Shown in pieces: positions 1-8,748 of a stretch of DNA of 64,000 bases (position 1 is the first letter of the stretch; each line of letters opens with the position of its first letter). This DNA is from Bacteroidota bacterium. Its GTDB lineage: Bacteria > Bacteroidota > Bacteroidia > Bacteroidales > UBA10428. The DNA is taken from contig CP065006.1 in the NCBI GenBank assembly GCA_016699695.1, positions 3,229,435-3,293,434 of the forward strand. The letters run 5' to 3'. Position numbers and translations under genes: made by a program. The notes below the pieces were generated by a model. The model was not told where the DNA came from. It saw only the letters and a program-made list of their open reading frames with translations, and made no database searches.

Positions 1-292
1 GCTGCAGGTATTGATCTTTTTGAATTTGAAGTTCTTTAATTTCCTTGAAAATTTTTAAACCATCCAACTCTTTTAGTTCCTTGGCTGGTTCAATTTGTCG
101 TTTTTGTAGAAATGATACAAGCTGATTGTATTGCTGTATTTGTGAGAATTTTTCTCTTAAAGCTACATCTTCAATCTCTCCCGTTTTTTTTTCAATCACA
201 TGCAATACGCCTAGTTCCTGAAGTTCGCTTAGGAAATCCAAGTAATCCTTGTGATAAACCAGGAAAGCATATTTTTTCATTGGCACAATCAT
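1..292 (-). CDS. V-type ATP synthase subunit I, N-terminal fragment (runs off the window start)
   Basis: Hand translation of the minus strand from the ATG at 292..290 gives MIVPMKKYAFLVYHKDYLDFLSELQELGVLHVIEKKTGEIEDV..., open to position 1. It has an ATGA start/stop overlap with the subunit D stop (289..291). Its position after D fits the usual bacterial V-ATPase order. It is missing from the ORF track because it is truncated. MKKYAF at 280 is an alternative start. Confidence 0.75.
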   Translation of the reverse strand, partial: MIVPMKKYAFLVYHKDYLDFLSELQELGVLHVIEKKTGEIEDVALREKFSQIQQYNQLVSFLQKRQIEPAKELKELDGLKIFKEIKELQIQKDQYLQ

Positions 293-888
293 GCTTCAGC
301 CTCCTCTTGTTGACGGGTTTTTACAATTTTCTGAGACGATTTGGAGAGGTTATCCTCGTCTTCCATAAAGCGCTTTATTTTTCGAATGGCATCCTGGTAT
401 CCCGGTATCTGAACTTTCTCGAAAAGATTCACTTTCTGGGTGGTTTTTTTTCGTGCATGATCCAGTAGCTGCATCTTACGCAGAAACACCTCCTGTTCAA
501 TGGATATCTTCACCATGTTCTTCACAATGGCTATACCATCGAGGTACCATTTGGGGGCATTGAATACGCTGAAAACAGCCTGCTCAAATTCAATTTTATT
601 CAAAACAGGAGTTTTTACGCCGGCAATCTTTTTCACATCGAGTTTAACATCCACTACTTTAAGCAAGGTGTTGTCGAATTCGCCCCAAAGCGCCACCATG
701 TTGCTGTAAGATTCGATGGCAGCATTCAATTCATCTTCAAGACGTTTGCTTTCATCTTTTGCCCTTTTCACTTCGATGCGCAATGCCGACTCTTTGTTCT
801 TTATGGTTGGCAAGGCTCTTACACGCACCTTAAGCTGTTTCTCGAGGCCCTGTAACGAAGTTTTGTTATATTGAAATGATATTGCCAT
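289..888 (-). CDS. atpD: V-type ATP synthase subunit D
   Basis: 199-aa ORF with a coiled-coil-rich sequence (MAISFQYNKTSLQGLEKQLKVRVRALPTIKNKESALR...) typical of V/A-ATPase subunit D. It lies directly downstream of subunits A and B. Confidence 0.9.
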   Translation of the reverse strand: MAISFQYNKTSLQGLEKQLKVRVRALPTIKNKESALRIEVKRAKDESKRLEDELNAAIESYSNMVALWGEFDNTLLKVVDVKLDVKKIAGVKTPVLNKIEFEQAVFSVFNAPKWYLDGIAIVKNMVKISIEQEVFLRKMQLLDHARKKTTQKVNLFEKVQIPGYQDAIRKIKRFMEDEDNLSKSSQKIVKTRQQEEAEA

Positions 889-938
889 CTATTCTTTTTG
901 TAAGTTCAAAGTTTAAAGTTCAAGGTTTAAACTTTAAA

Positions 939-2258
939 CTATTTAGGCCAATATTGATCTACCAATTCTTGTTTAATACCTACTTCCTCTGGTTTAAAGT
1001 GTTTGCTGAATAAACTCCATCCTGTATCGAGCATCTCGTTTACTTCGATGTTTACATCAATGGCCAGCAGTTTATTGGAATAATCTTTGGCAAACTGAAG
1101 GCTCCTTTGGTCGTAATCAGTAAGGTCGAAACCGTTTTCGAGTTTGGTTTTGGCATTCGCTGCATCGGCAAAAAGGCGCACCGCAGCGTTCATCACTTGA
1201 GGGTGGTCGGCCCGGGTTTTTTTACCTATAACCAGCTGCTTTAAACGCGAGAGGGACCGGAAAGGGTCAACAATTACTTTTCCAATATCCGAATCGCGGC
1301 GTAAAAAGAGCTGTCCTTCGGTAATGTATCCGGTGTTATCCGGAATAGCATGGGTAATATCTCCACCAGAAAGGGTTGTTACGGCGATGATAGTTATTGA
1401 ACCTCCTTCGGGAAATTGAACGGCTTTTTCATATATTTTTGCCAGATCGGAATATAGCGATCCGGGCATAGAATCTTTCGATGGAATCTGGTCCATACGA
1501 TTCGAAACAATACTCAAGGCATCAGCATAAAGAGTCATGTCGGTGAGCAATACCAATACCGATTCGTTTTTCTTCACGGCAAAATATTCTGCTGCTGTAA
1601 GGGCCATATCAGGCACCAACAAGCGCTCCACAGGTGGATTATCGGTTGTATTTACAAAGCTTATAATGCGGTCGAGGGCACCTGCATTGTCGAAAACATT
1701 TTTATAATAGAGGTAATCGTCGTTGGTAAGCCCCATTCCTCCAAGAATAATTTTATCGGCTTTTGCACGCAAAGCTACACTTGCCATCACCTGGTTGTAA
1801 GGCTGATCGGGGTCGGCAAAGAAAGGAATTTTTTGTCCGGAAACCAGGGTATTGTTTAAGTCGATACCAGCAATACCGGTTGCAATGAGCTCAGAGGGTT
1901 GTTTGCGCCTTACAGGATTTACCGACGGGCCGCCAATTTCAACTTCCACTCCTTCTAAGGCAGGGCCACCATCGATAGGGTCGCCAAAGGCATTGAAAAA
2001 TCTTCCGGCCAGGTCATCGCTTACTTTTAAGCTTGGAGCTTTACCAAGGAAAGTTACTTCGGCATTAGTTGGGATTCCCTCTGTACCACCAAAAATCTGA
2101 AGGGTAACGTTATCACCGACAAGTTTTACCACCTGTGCCAGCTTGCCATGCACAATGGCCAGCTCTTCGTTACCTATGCCAGTGGCTTTTAGCGAGCAGG
2201 TTGCCTTTGTGATTTGCGAAATTTTTGTGTATATTTTCTGAAAAGCCTTGTTTTCCAT
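939..2258 (-). CDS. atpB: V-type ATP synthase subunit B
   Basis: 439-aa ORF with the non-catalytic nucleotide-binding subunit pattern (GQKIPFFADPDQPYNQV, TDMTLYADALSIVS, PGSLYSDLAKIYE). It is adjacent to subunit A. Confidence 0.95.
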   Translation of the reverse strand: MENKAFQKIYTKISQITKATCSLKATGIGNEELAIVHGKLAQVVKLVGDNVTLQIFGGTEGIPTNAEVTFLGKAPSLKVSDDLAGRFFNAFGDPIDGGPALEGVEVEIGGPSVNPVRRKQPSELIATGIAGIDLNNTLVSGQKIPFFADPDQPYNQVMASVALRAKADKIILGGMGLTNDDYLYYKNVFDNAGALDRIISFVNTTDNPPVERLLVPDMALTAAEYFAVKKNESVLVLLTDMTLYADALSIVSNRMDQIPSKDSMPGSLYSDLAKIYEKAVQFPEGGSITIIAVTTLSGGDITHAIPDNTGYITEGQLFLRRDSDIGKVIVDPFRSLSRLKQLVIGKKTRADHPQVMNAAVRLFADAANAKTKLENGFDLTDYDQRSLQFAKDYSNKLLAIDVNIEVNEMLDTGWSLFSKHFKPEEVGIKQELVDQYWPK

Positions 2259-2287
2259 GCTTTATTTATTTACTGTTTCGTATTTTA

Positions 2288-4045
2288 TCAGGCAGCCTGT
2301 TTCTCTTTTACCAACTCTTTGAGTTCATTTTCGAACTTGTTGAATTTTTCCGATTTAAACTCAGAATAATTCATTTGCCTACAGGTATTAATCATCTTCT
2401 TAAAATGAGCGTTTACTTCGTTAAATGAATCGAAACTAAACTCTGTGTGGCAAATATCCAATATGCTTTTCAGCATATACTCCTGGCGTTCGATAGGGGT
2501 CGACTGGTCGATCTTGTCAAAGGCATCTTGTTGAAGGATTACAAAGTCTATTAACTCCGATTTCCAATAATTAACATGGTATTCGACCGGCACGCCGTCA
2601 TCCCCAAGGATGTTGATTTGCTCATAGGTTTCTTTTCCGCGTAGTAAGATTGTTTTGGTGGTATTGACCATTTCCAGCCAATCTTCGGAAATAACACCGT
2701 TGATGTATTCAGCAAACTCGGGGTATTCGAGGTATTTCGAATAACTGTCAATTGGGTCAACCGCAGGGTAGCGTTTGCTATCGGCACGTCCCTGGGCCAA
2801 AGCATAAAAACAGCGGGCTGCCTTTTTGGTCGATTCGGTTACAGGTTCTTTGAGGTTACCACCTGCCGGAGATACTGTTCCAAGGAAGGTGATTGAACCT
2901 GATTCTCCATTATTCAAATATACATATCCTGCTCGTGCGTAAAAATTCGAAATAATCGCAGGTAAATCCATAGGGAAGGCATCCGGACCAGGGAGCTCTT
3001 CGAGCCGGTTCGACATTTCGCGCAGAGCTTGAGCCCAACGAGAAGTAGAATCGGCCAACATCAATACTCGAAGACCCATGGCACGGTAATATTCGCCGAG
3101 GGTCATAGCAGTATAAACCGAAGCTTCGCGGGCAGCAACAGGCATGTTGGAAGTGTTGGCAATGATGGTGGTACGCTCAATAAGTTTACGTCCTGTGCGG
3201 GCATCTTCCAATTCCGGAAACTCGGTAAAAATCTCTACTACTTCGTTGGCACGTTCGCCACAGGCTGCGATAATCACAATATCGGCTTCTGCTTGTTTTG
3301 AAATAGCATGCTGCAATACAGTTTTTCCTGCACCAAAGGGACCGGGAATAAAACCTGTTCCACCTTCTACAATCGGATTAAGTGTATCGATGGTACGCAC
3401 CCCTGTTTCGAGCAGTTTAAACGGACGAGGTTTTTCTTTGTAATTGGTAATGGCTACTTTTACAGGCCATTTCTGCATCATGTTGATTTTTGTCTCGTTG
3501 CCTTCTTTGTCTTCGATTACAGCAATTGTTTCCTCGATGGTATATTTTCCTGCTGCAGCTAGGCTTTTTAACTTAAAGCTTCCCTTTAGTTTAAAGGGTA
3601 CCATAATTTTGTGAGGCATGCTGTTTTCGTCTACTTCTCCTAACCAGTCGCCTGCCTGAACTGTATCGCCTACTTTTGCAAGAACCTTAAAATCCCATTT
3701 CTTTTCTATGTCCAAAGGGTGAGTATATTCGCCACGTTTCAGAAATACTCCCTTCATTTTATCGAGGTCGTTCTGAAGCCCGTCGTAGTTTTTTGAAAGG
3801 ATACCAGGTCCCAGTGTTACCTCGAGCATGTGCCCGGCAAATTCTACCTCGAACCCAATTTTTACTCCCCGTGTACTTTCAAATACCTGCACATAAGTGT
3901 TGGAACCGTTTATTTTAATTACCTCGGCCATCAGTTTCGTTTCGCCAGTAAGAATGTAGCAGATTTCGTTCTGCGAAACAGGACCATCGGCCTCCACGAT
4001 TACGAGGTTGGCAATAATACCTTTTACTTTACCTTGTGTTGACAT
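2288..4045 (-). CDS. atpA: V-type ATP synthase catalytic subunit A
   Basis: 585-aa ORF with Walker A GPFGAGKT, LADSTSRWAQALREMS and PPGDAFP-like (PGPDAFPMDL) motifs characteristic of the V/A-type A subunit. Confidence 0.95.
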   Translation of the reverse strand: MSTQGKVKGIIANLVIVEADGPVSQNEICYILTGETKLMAEVIKINGSNTYVQVFESTRGVKIGFEVEFAGHMLEVTLGPGILSKNYDGLQNDLDKMKGVFLKRGEYTHPLDIEKKWDFKVLAKVGDTVQAGDWLGEVDENSMPHKIMVPFKLKGSFKLKSLAAAGKYTIEETIAVIEDKEGNETKINMMQKWPVKVAITNYKEKPRPFKLLETGVRTIDTLNPIVEGGTGFIPGPFGAGKTVLQHAISKQAEADIVIIAACGERANEVVEIFTEFPELEDARTGRKLIERTTIIANTSNMPVAAREASVYTAMTLGEYYRAMGLRVLMLADSTSRWAQALREMSNRLEELPGPDAFPMDLPAIISNFYARAGYVYLNNGESGSITFLGTVSPAGGNLKEPVTESTKKAARCFYALAQGRADSKRYPAVDPIDSYSKYLEYPEFAEYINGVISEDWLEMVNTTKTILLRGKETYEQINILGDDGVPVEYHVNYWKSELIDFVILQQDAFDKIDQSTPIERQEYMLKSILDICHTEFSFDSFNEVNAHFKKMINTCRQMNYSEFKSEKFNKFENELKELVKEKQAA

Positions 4046-4055
4046 GTTTGTTGAC

Positions 4056-4913
4056 TTATTTTAAACTAAAATCGGCAGGAAACTCATAGCTGGTTTCGAG
4101 CTTTTTCAGCATATCTTTAAAAAATTCTAATCCTGTATTTTTATCCAAACGCATCCAGCGCTCTATGATAGCCAGTTTAATTAAAAACGTAAATAGTTTT
4201 TCTACACTGAAATAGTGAAAAAACGATTGTTCATCAAGAAGTTCCCAACGAATGGTATCAATTCGTTTTTCCTGTTCGAAAAGCTCATTTGTTTCCAAAG
4301 CCCTGAATATGGCTTCGGAATAAGGAAGCTCATCGGAATCTAATCCAAAATCACGGGCAGAGCTTCGAATGAGCTTATCTTGTATTTCATCATTGCCTAC
4401 TAACTGAGTTTCGATTGTTAGGCTGTTCTCTCGGCATTTGTATGCTGTGAGCACATTTCCGAGCTTTTGTTCAAAGAGGATCCAGGCTTGTACAAACTTG
4501 TTGGGCACTTGCAAAGCATGCTGGAAATAGAGTTCGGTAAGTTGTAAATCCCAACTTTTGTTGGGTATTATTGCCTGCTCGGCCTTGTAGGCATCGATAA
4601 AAAGCGGCAGGTAAGAAGGGCACTTAAAGGGCAGTGAATCGTATGATGCATCTTTTGCAGCAGCCAACAATTGCTCCAGCATTTCGGCACTCAGGTTACC
4701 CGATTCTGCATGGGGTTCGTCGGATCCTTTTAACCTGTTCAGAAGGTTCTGATGATCAAATGGCCAGAAGTACAGACGGATCAAATCAAAATCTTCTACT
4801 GGCAAGTGCTCCGCCAAAAATGACCGGTATTCGACTGGCGAAAGGATCATTTTTGTGTCATCCAGCAATATATCTGGTAATCCGGCAACCAGGTAATAGT
4901 ATTGTCGGCTCAT
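4056..4913 (-). CDS. DUF2764-family protein occupying the subunit C slot of the V-ATPase operon
   Basis: 285-aa ORF between subunits E and A with 8-10 nt gaps. The start MSRQYYYLVAGLPDI is the conserved N-terminus I associate with DUF2764 in Bacteroidota V-ATPase operons. Confidence 0.75.
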   Translation of the reverse strand: MSRQYYYLVAGLPDILLDDTKMILSPVEYRSFLAEHLPVEDFDLIRLYFWPFDHQNLLNRLKGSDEPHAESGNLSAEMLEQLLAAAKDASYDSLPFKCPSYLPLFIDAYKAEQAIIPNKSWDLQLTELYFQHALQVPNKFVQAWILFEQKLGNVLTAYKCRENSLTIETQLVGNDEIQDKLIRSSARDFGLDSDELPYSEAIFRALETNELFEQEKRIDTIRWELLDEQSFFHYFSVEKLFTFLIKLAIIERWMRLDKNTGLEFFKDMLKKLETSYEFPADFSLK

Positions 4914-4923
4914 AGATACTGTT

Positions 4924-5529
4924 TTACGCTTCGTATAAAAATTGAATTAGCTTAGGACGAAGGTACTGTCTGAAGAAGTTATTAAAATCTTCGTCAGTAA
5001 AGCTGATTTTGTAGCTTCCGTCCTTGGCAGTAATCTGGAATCCGGCTTTTACCGAAGCATCGTTGCTTATGGTCAGGCCTTTTTCGAACAAATCTTTTAC
5101 CGATTTTTTCAGGTGTTCGGTCAGCTCTTTTTCCTGTGCTTTGGGTATTACGAGGTTCAGGTCTGCAACCTGGCTACCTGCCCAGTTTTTTAAAGTCGAC
5201 TCAATCAGTTGCTTGGCAAACTCGGCATCGAAGGCTTTTCCTGTTGCAGAGGCGATAACTTTGCTGTTCACAGCATCGGTAATTTGTTGTTTCAAAGCAT
5301 TCAAGGCTTGTCTTGCCGAAAGCTTAATTTCCGATTCGGTGTTCTTTTTTGTTTCGGCTGCCTGTTTTTGCGCCTCTGCGAGTATGGTACCGGCTTCTTT
5401 TTTCGCATTCGCAATAATTTCCGAAGCTTCTTTTTTAGCCTTGTCAACCAGGGCGCGGCCTTCTTCATTCCCTTTGGCAAGACCTTCCTGGTATATCTTC
5501 TCGGTGAGTTCTTGAAGTTTACTTTGCAT
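4924..5529 (-). CDS. atpE: V-type ATP synthase subunit E
   Basis: 201-aa ORF and the first gene of the operon. It has a long Ala/Lys/Glu-rich N-terminal helix (KKEASEIIANAKKEAGTILAEAQKQAAETKK) followed by a globular C-terminus, the peripheral-stalk subunit E pattern. Confidence 0.85.
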   Translation of the reverse strand: MQSKLQELTEKIYQEGLAKGNEEGRALVDKAKKEASEIIANAKKEAGTILAEAQKQAAETKKNTESEIKLSARQALNALKQQITDAVNSKVIASATGKAFDAEFAKQLIESTLKNWAGSQVADLNLVIPKAQEKELTEHLKKSVKDLFEKGLTISNDASVKAGFQITAKDGSYKISFTDEDFNNFFRQYLRPKLIQFLYEA

Positions 5530-5761
5530 TTCTATATCAATTTCTTTTTCAGTTACTTATAATATTATTGTTATCCGAATAACAAAACGACCGCAATTTA
5601 ATCAAAGTTTTAATATGTAAAAGGAGTTTTTACTGATCAGGACGGATAAAAATACTTTAATTGCTTGATACTTGTTTATTAAATTGAATTAAAAATTCTT
5701 TCATTCACCCATTCAATTATTCCATCATTCACCACTTCACTCATTCATTCAAATTCTGAAC

Positions 5762-5953
5762 TTACAAGGTACGATGTTTTTTATATTGATTCGAAGGGGC
5801 CTTTTGTTTTTTAGAGCAATCGCAATCTTTGGATTTATGTCTTAGTTCCCGAGAATACTTCGAGGAAGCACATCCGGCTGAAAGAAAACCAATCATTAAC
5901 AATACAAGTATAGGGCGCATGGATAAAATTAATAAGTAGTTTTGTTGTCGCAT
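5762..5953 (-). CDS. small lysine-rich lipoprotein (hypothetical)
   Basis: The 63-aa ORF contains a canonical lipoprotein signal MRPILVLLMIGFLSAGC. If the internal ATG at 5920 is used, the product is 52 aa. The mature part is basic and carries a CDC motif. No family was recognised. Confidence 0.4.
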   Translation of the reverse strand: MRQQNYLLILSMRPILVLLMIGFLSAGCASSKYSRELRHKSKDCDCSKKQKAPSNQYKKHRTL

Positions 5954-5990
5954 CTAAGTTAAAAAGATTTAGCGTACAGGAGGAGTTTGG

Positions 5991-6719
5991 ATGAATACAA
6001 GATATACCGAAAACTTAAAAAGACATATCTGGCGAACCATACGAAAACAGGAATTGCTTTCTGAAGGCGACCGTCTGATGGTTGCTCTATCGGGAGGTAA
6101 AGATTCTCTCGTGTTATTGGAAGCAATTGCGGACCATTCCAAACGCCTGCCTTTCAAGATAGATGTGCTGGCTGTGCATGTGTTAATCGAAGAAATTGGT
6201 TATCAAACCGATATTGAATATCTCCGAACTATTTGCAACAACCTGAAAATACCATTTATGTTGGTGAGGCCCGGTTTTGAAACAAATAGTTCCGTTGAAA
6301 AATCAATGTGTTTTATCTGTTCATGGCATCGCAGAAAAGTTTTTTTTTCAATTAACCGCGAACAAGGTTATAATAAGCTTGCCTTTGGACACCATATGGA
6401 CGATGCCATTGAAACTCTTTTTATGAATATGATATACCATGGTTCCATGAGTTCCATGCCTTATAAGTTCGATATGTTCAATGGCAGGTTAACAGTAATC
6501 AGACCCATGCTGGAAGTAACTGAGGAGCAGTTAGAGCTTTATGCTTTGGAGCGAAATTTTAAAAAAGAAGTAAAGCAATGTCCCTTCGAAAACAGCAAGC
6601 GGAAAACATTGAAACATAAAATTGATTTGCTGAGCGATAATTCTAACAATGCCCGGAAGAATATTTTCAGATCGATGGAAAACATCTTCACTGAATATTT
6701 GCCTCAAAGGAAAGAGTGA
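5991..6719 (+). CDS. ttcA: PP-loop ATPase, TtcA-like tRNA 2-thiocytidine biosynthesis protein
   Basis: 242-aa ORF with the PP-loop motif SGGKDS (VALSGGKDSLVLL), Cys motifs CFICSWHRR and QCPF, and a GHHMDD motif, as in the TtcA/TilS superfamily. Confidence 0.75.
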   Translation: MNTRYTENLKRHIWRTIRKQELLSEGDRLMVALSGGKDSLVLLEAIADHSKRLPFKIDVLAVHVLIEEIGYQTDIEYLRTICNNLKIPFMLVRPGFETNSSVEKSMCFICSWHRRKVFFSINREQGYNKLAFGHHMDDAIETLFMNMIYHGSMSSMPYKFDMFNGRLTVIRPMLEVTEEQLELYALERNFKKEVKQCPFENSKRKTLKHKIDLLSDNSNNARKNIFRSMENIFTEYLPQRKE

Positions 6720-6863
6720 ACATTGTTTTTACACTTTTTTTATTACTTTTATAATAGTGCAATTTTTTTAAGATAGAATGCACCTGAAGGGAAGCATATC
6801 AGTAAAATATTTAGCAGGGAAGGGGAAGTTCTACCAGATTAAAAATATATAACATTTATAAGG

Positions 6864-7640
6864 ATGAAAACACCTAATTTGTTGGCCTTTGTCTTTTCGA
6901 TGCTTGTTACAGGCAGCCTGCTTCAGGCACAAATACCAAAAACAAGTCTCGCTGATTTTTCCGGCACCGATTGGAAGCTTGTGAAAGCTGCCAAATCGAA
7001 TATAGAGAACCTGCAAGGTCTTGCGATGCCCGAATTAGTTAAAATGCTCGATAATACGGAGAAAAAGAAGCTTGAAAATACTGGTAGCCTGATTTATCCC
7101 GGAGCCGAGAAATTTTTTGGACACGGCCAGATTATTGATTACGACATCGATTATCTTTCCATCAGAGCAGGTTGGCTTATTGAAGAGATTTCTTTTAATA
7201 ATTTCGGTTTTTCAGGCATTCATCTGCCAAAAGACGAGCTAATTACACACATCAAAGTAACCTTTCCGGCGTATTACAACAATACAACCAACCGAAAAAA
7301 ACTCGAAACAGCTACCGAAGCAATGTTGCGCGAAATAGCCCAGGCATTGGCTGTAAAAGCTGCCAAAGCCTGGTGGGAAGAGTATGGTAAAAATTTTACT
7401 CGCCTTCAATCGTTGGTCGATGCCCTTAAGAGTTTCGATGAAAAAAGACAGGTGAAAGCATTGTTTTATTTACGCAATGGCACAACAAAATGCGACGATC
7501 TTACTCGTGATTATTATTACGAAGAAATATCGAAAGAGATTGTTCGCCTGAGTGGTTCCGATGTACAACGGATTTCTGAGAATGCCAAGTTAATATTGCT
7601 CGATAGCAAACTCGAGTGGCTGAGCCTTAAAACAGAATAG
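6864..7640 (+). CDS. hypothetical exported protein
   Basis: 258-aa ORF with an N-terminal signal peptide (MKTPNLLAFVFSMLVTGSLLQAQ). No family was recognised. Confidence 0.6.
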   Translation: MKTPNLLAFVFSMLVTGSLLQAQIPKTSLADFSGTDWKLVKAAKSNIENLQGLAMPELVKMLDNTEKKKLENTGSLIYPGAEKFFGHGQIIDYDIDYLSIRAGWLIEEISFNNFGFSGIHLPKDELITHIKVTFPAYYNNTTNRKKLETATEAMLREIAQALAVKAAKAWWEEYGKNFTRLQSLVDALKSFDEKRQVKALFYLRNGTTKCDDLTRDYYYEEISKEIVRLSGSDVQRISENAKLILLDSKLEWLSLKTE

Positions 7641-7714
7641 AATTGTTTAAAATTTGTTTTTTACCTCTCCCCATTTGCATATAGCTTTATAGTGAAGACT
7701 AAATCGTGAAAATC

Positions 7715-8110
7715 ATGAAATCGTTCAAAGCCATAAGTGTAATACTCTTTTTAAGCATTGCAGCCCATCAGTCTGCTTTTGCGCAGAAAGAATTGTTTAT
7801 TAAACAGATTGAGTTTAATCTTGAGGTTGTTAGCGATATCGACTATGAGAATGAGTATTTCATCACCCTCAAACTCAATAAAGGTTCGCGCTATATTTTT
7901 GCAGTAACAAACAATGTGAACGATAAACCTGGCAAAGCTATTATCGAGCTGCTCGATGCCGATAACCTTATTATGACCAATGGAATAGGTGAGAAGTATT
8001 TTGATAAATTAAGTTTTGAATGCAATAAAACAGGCTTTTACGATCTGCTGGTACGCTTTAAGGATAATCAGGTTGGACATTCCATGGTGGATGTATCACT
8101 TATTCAATAG
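7715..8110 (+). CDS. hypothetical small exported protein
   Basis: The ORF track starts at a GTG at 7706. The ATG at 7715 gives MKSFKAISVILFLSIAAHQSAFAQ, a clean signal peptide. A rho-independent terminator follows. Confidence 0.6.
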   Translation: MKSFKAISVILFLSIAAHQSAFAQKELFIKQIEFNLEVVSDIDYENEYFITLKLNKGSRYIFAVTNNVNDKPGKAIIELLDADNLIMTNGIGEKYFDKLSFECNKTGFYDLLVRFKDNQVGHSMVDVSLIQ

Positions 8111-8131
8111 ATTTTTCTGACTAATGATAAG

Positions 8132-8156
8132 AACCCGGTATGGCCGGGTTTTTTTA
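8132..8156 (+). terminator. rho-independent terminator
   Basis: The stem is aacccgg (8132..8138) paired with ccgggtt (8144..8150), with loop tatgg and a following T-run (tttttt). It lies 22 nt after the stop at 8110. Confidence 0.8.
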
Positions 8157-8270
8157 TGGAAGTCTGTATAAATCACTAGTGCAATTTTTTCGGAAATAGC
8201 TACTTTAATGCGATTTGCCGGTAAATATAGGATCTGTGTTTTAGTAAGGTTAACTTCGCAATGATGTACT

Positions 8271-8278
8271 TAACTTTG
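8271..8278 (+). promoter_or_regulatory. Bacteroidota sigma-A -7 box (TAnnTTTG)
   Basis: TAACTTTG matches the consensus exactly and sits 26 nt upstream of the ATG at 8305. Confidence 0.5.
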
Positions 8279-8304
8279 ACCGCAAGCAAACCAATTTGCT
8301 TTTA

Positions 8305-8721
8305 ATGAAAAATCAGCCTATAATATACCTGGTCGATGCCAATGAGGCTTACCGCAAAAGAACTGTGAATTTGCTAAAATCAAAGCATTACCATAGAATT
8401 GTGGAGTTTAGCTCAGGTGAGGATTGCTATTCAACACAAATGGATGCAGCAGATATTGTGATCACTGAGAGTAATTTTGGGTTAGAATCCTGGAGTGGCC
8501 TGGAGTTTATGCTGGAATACAAACGCTTATTTGAAAATACTCAGTTTCTTTTTCTTACCTCTGAGTCAGATTTAAAAAAGGCAACACTTTGTATTCGAAG
8601 CGGTGCAAGAGATTATATTCTGAAAAGTAAAACCGGTCAGCATCGTATAGCCGACTTGGTATCTAAAATACCCATCCAACTGTCCGAACAGTCAATTTTG
8701 CCAGATTCTTTTTCAGATTAA
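8305..8721 (+). CDS. stand-alone receiver (CheY-like) domain protein with an atypical phospho-acceptor site
   Basis: The receiver layout is IIYLVDANEAY (beta1), ADIVITESNFG (beta3), FLFLTSESD (beta4 Thr/Ser) and DYILKS (beta5 Lys). Glu occupies the position normally held by the phospho-accepting Asp. The ATG at 8305 is preferred over the TTG at 8296 in the track. Confidence 0.65.
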   Translation: MKNQPIIYLVDANEAYRKRTVNLLKSKHYHRIVEFSSGEDCYSTQMDAADIVITESNFGLESWSGLEFMLEYKRLFENTQFLFLTSESDLKKATLCIRSGARDYILKSKTGQHRIADLVSKIPIQLSEQSILPDSFSD

Positions 8722-8748
8722 TTAAATCAGTGTAGAAGATATTTTCCC

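Noticed and set aside
112-468. A 118-aa plus-strand ORF at the left edge.
   Set aside because: It is antisense to the well-supported V-ATPase subunit D gene and the subunit I N-terminus, and its sequence is featureless and hydrophobic.
5969-6157. A 62-aa minus-strand ORF overlapping the start of the ttcA-like gene.
   Set aside because: It overlaps the PP-loop-encoding region of a clearly real gene on the other strand and has no independent support.
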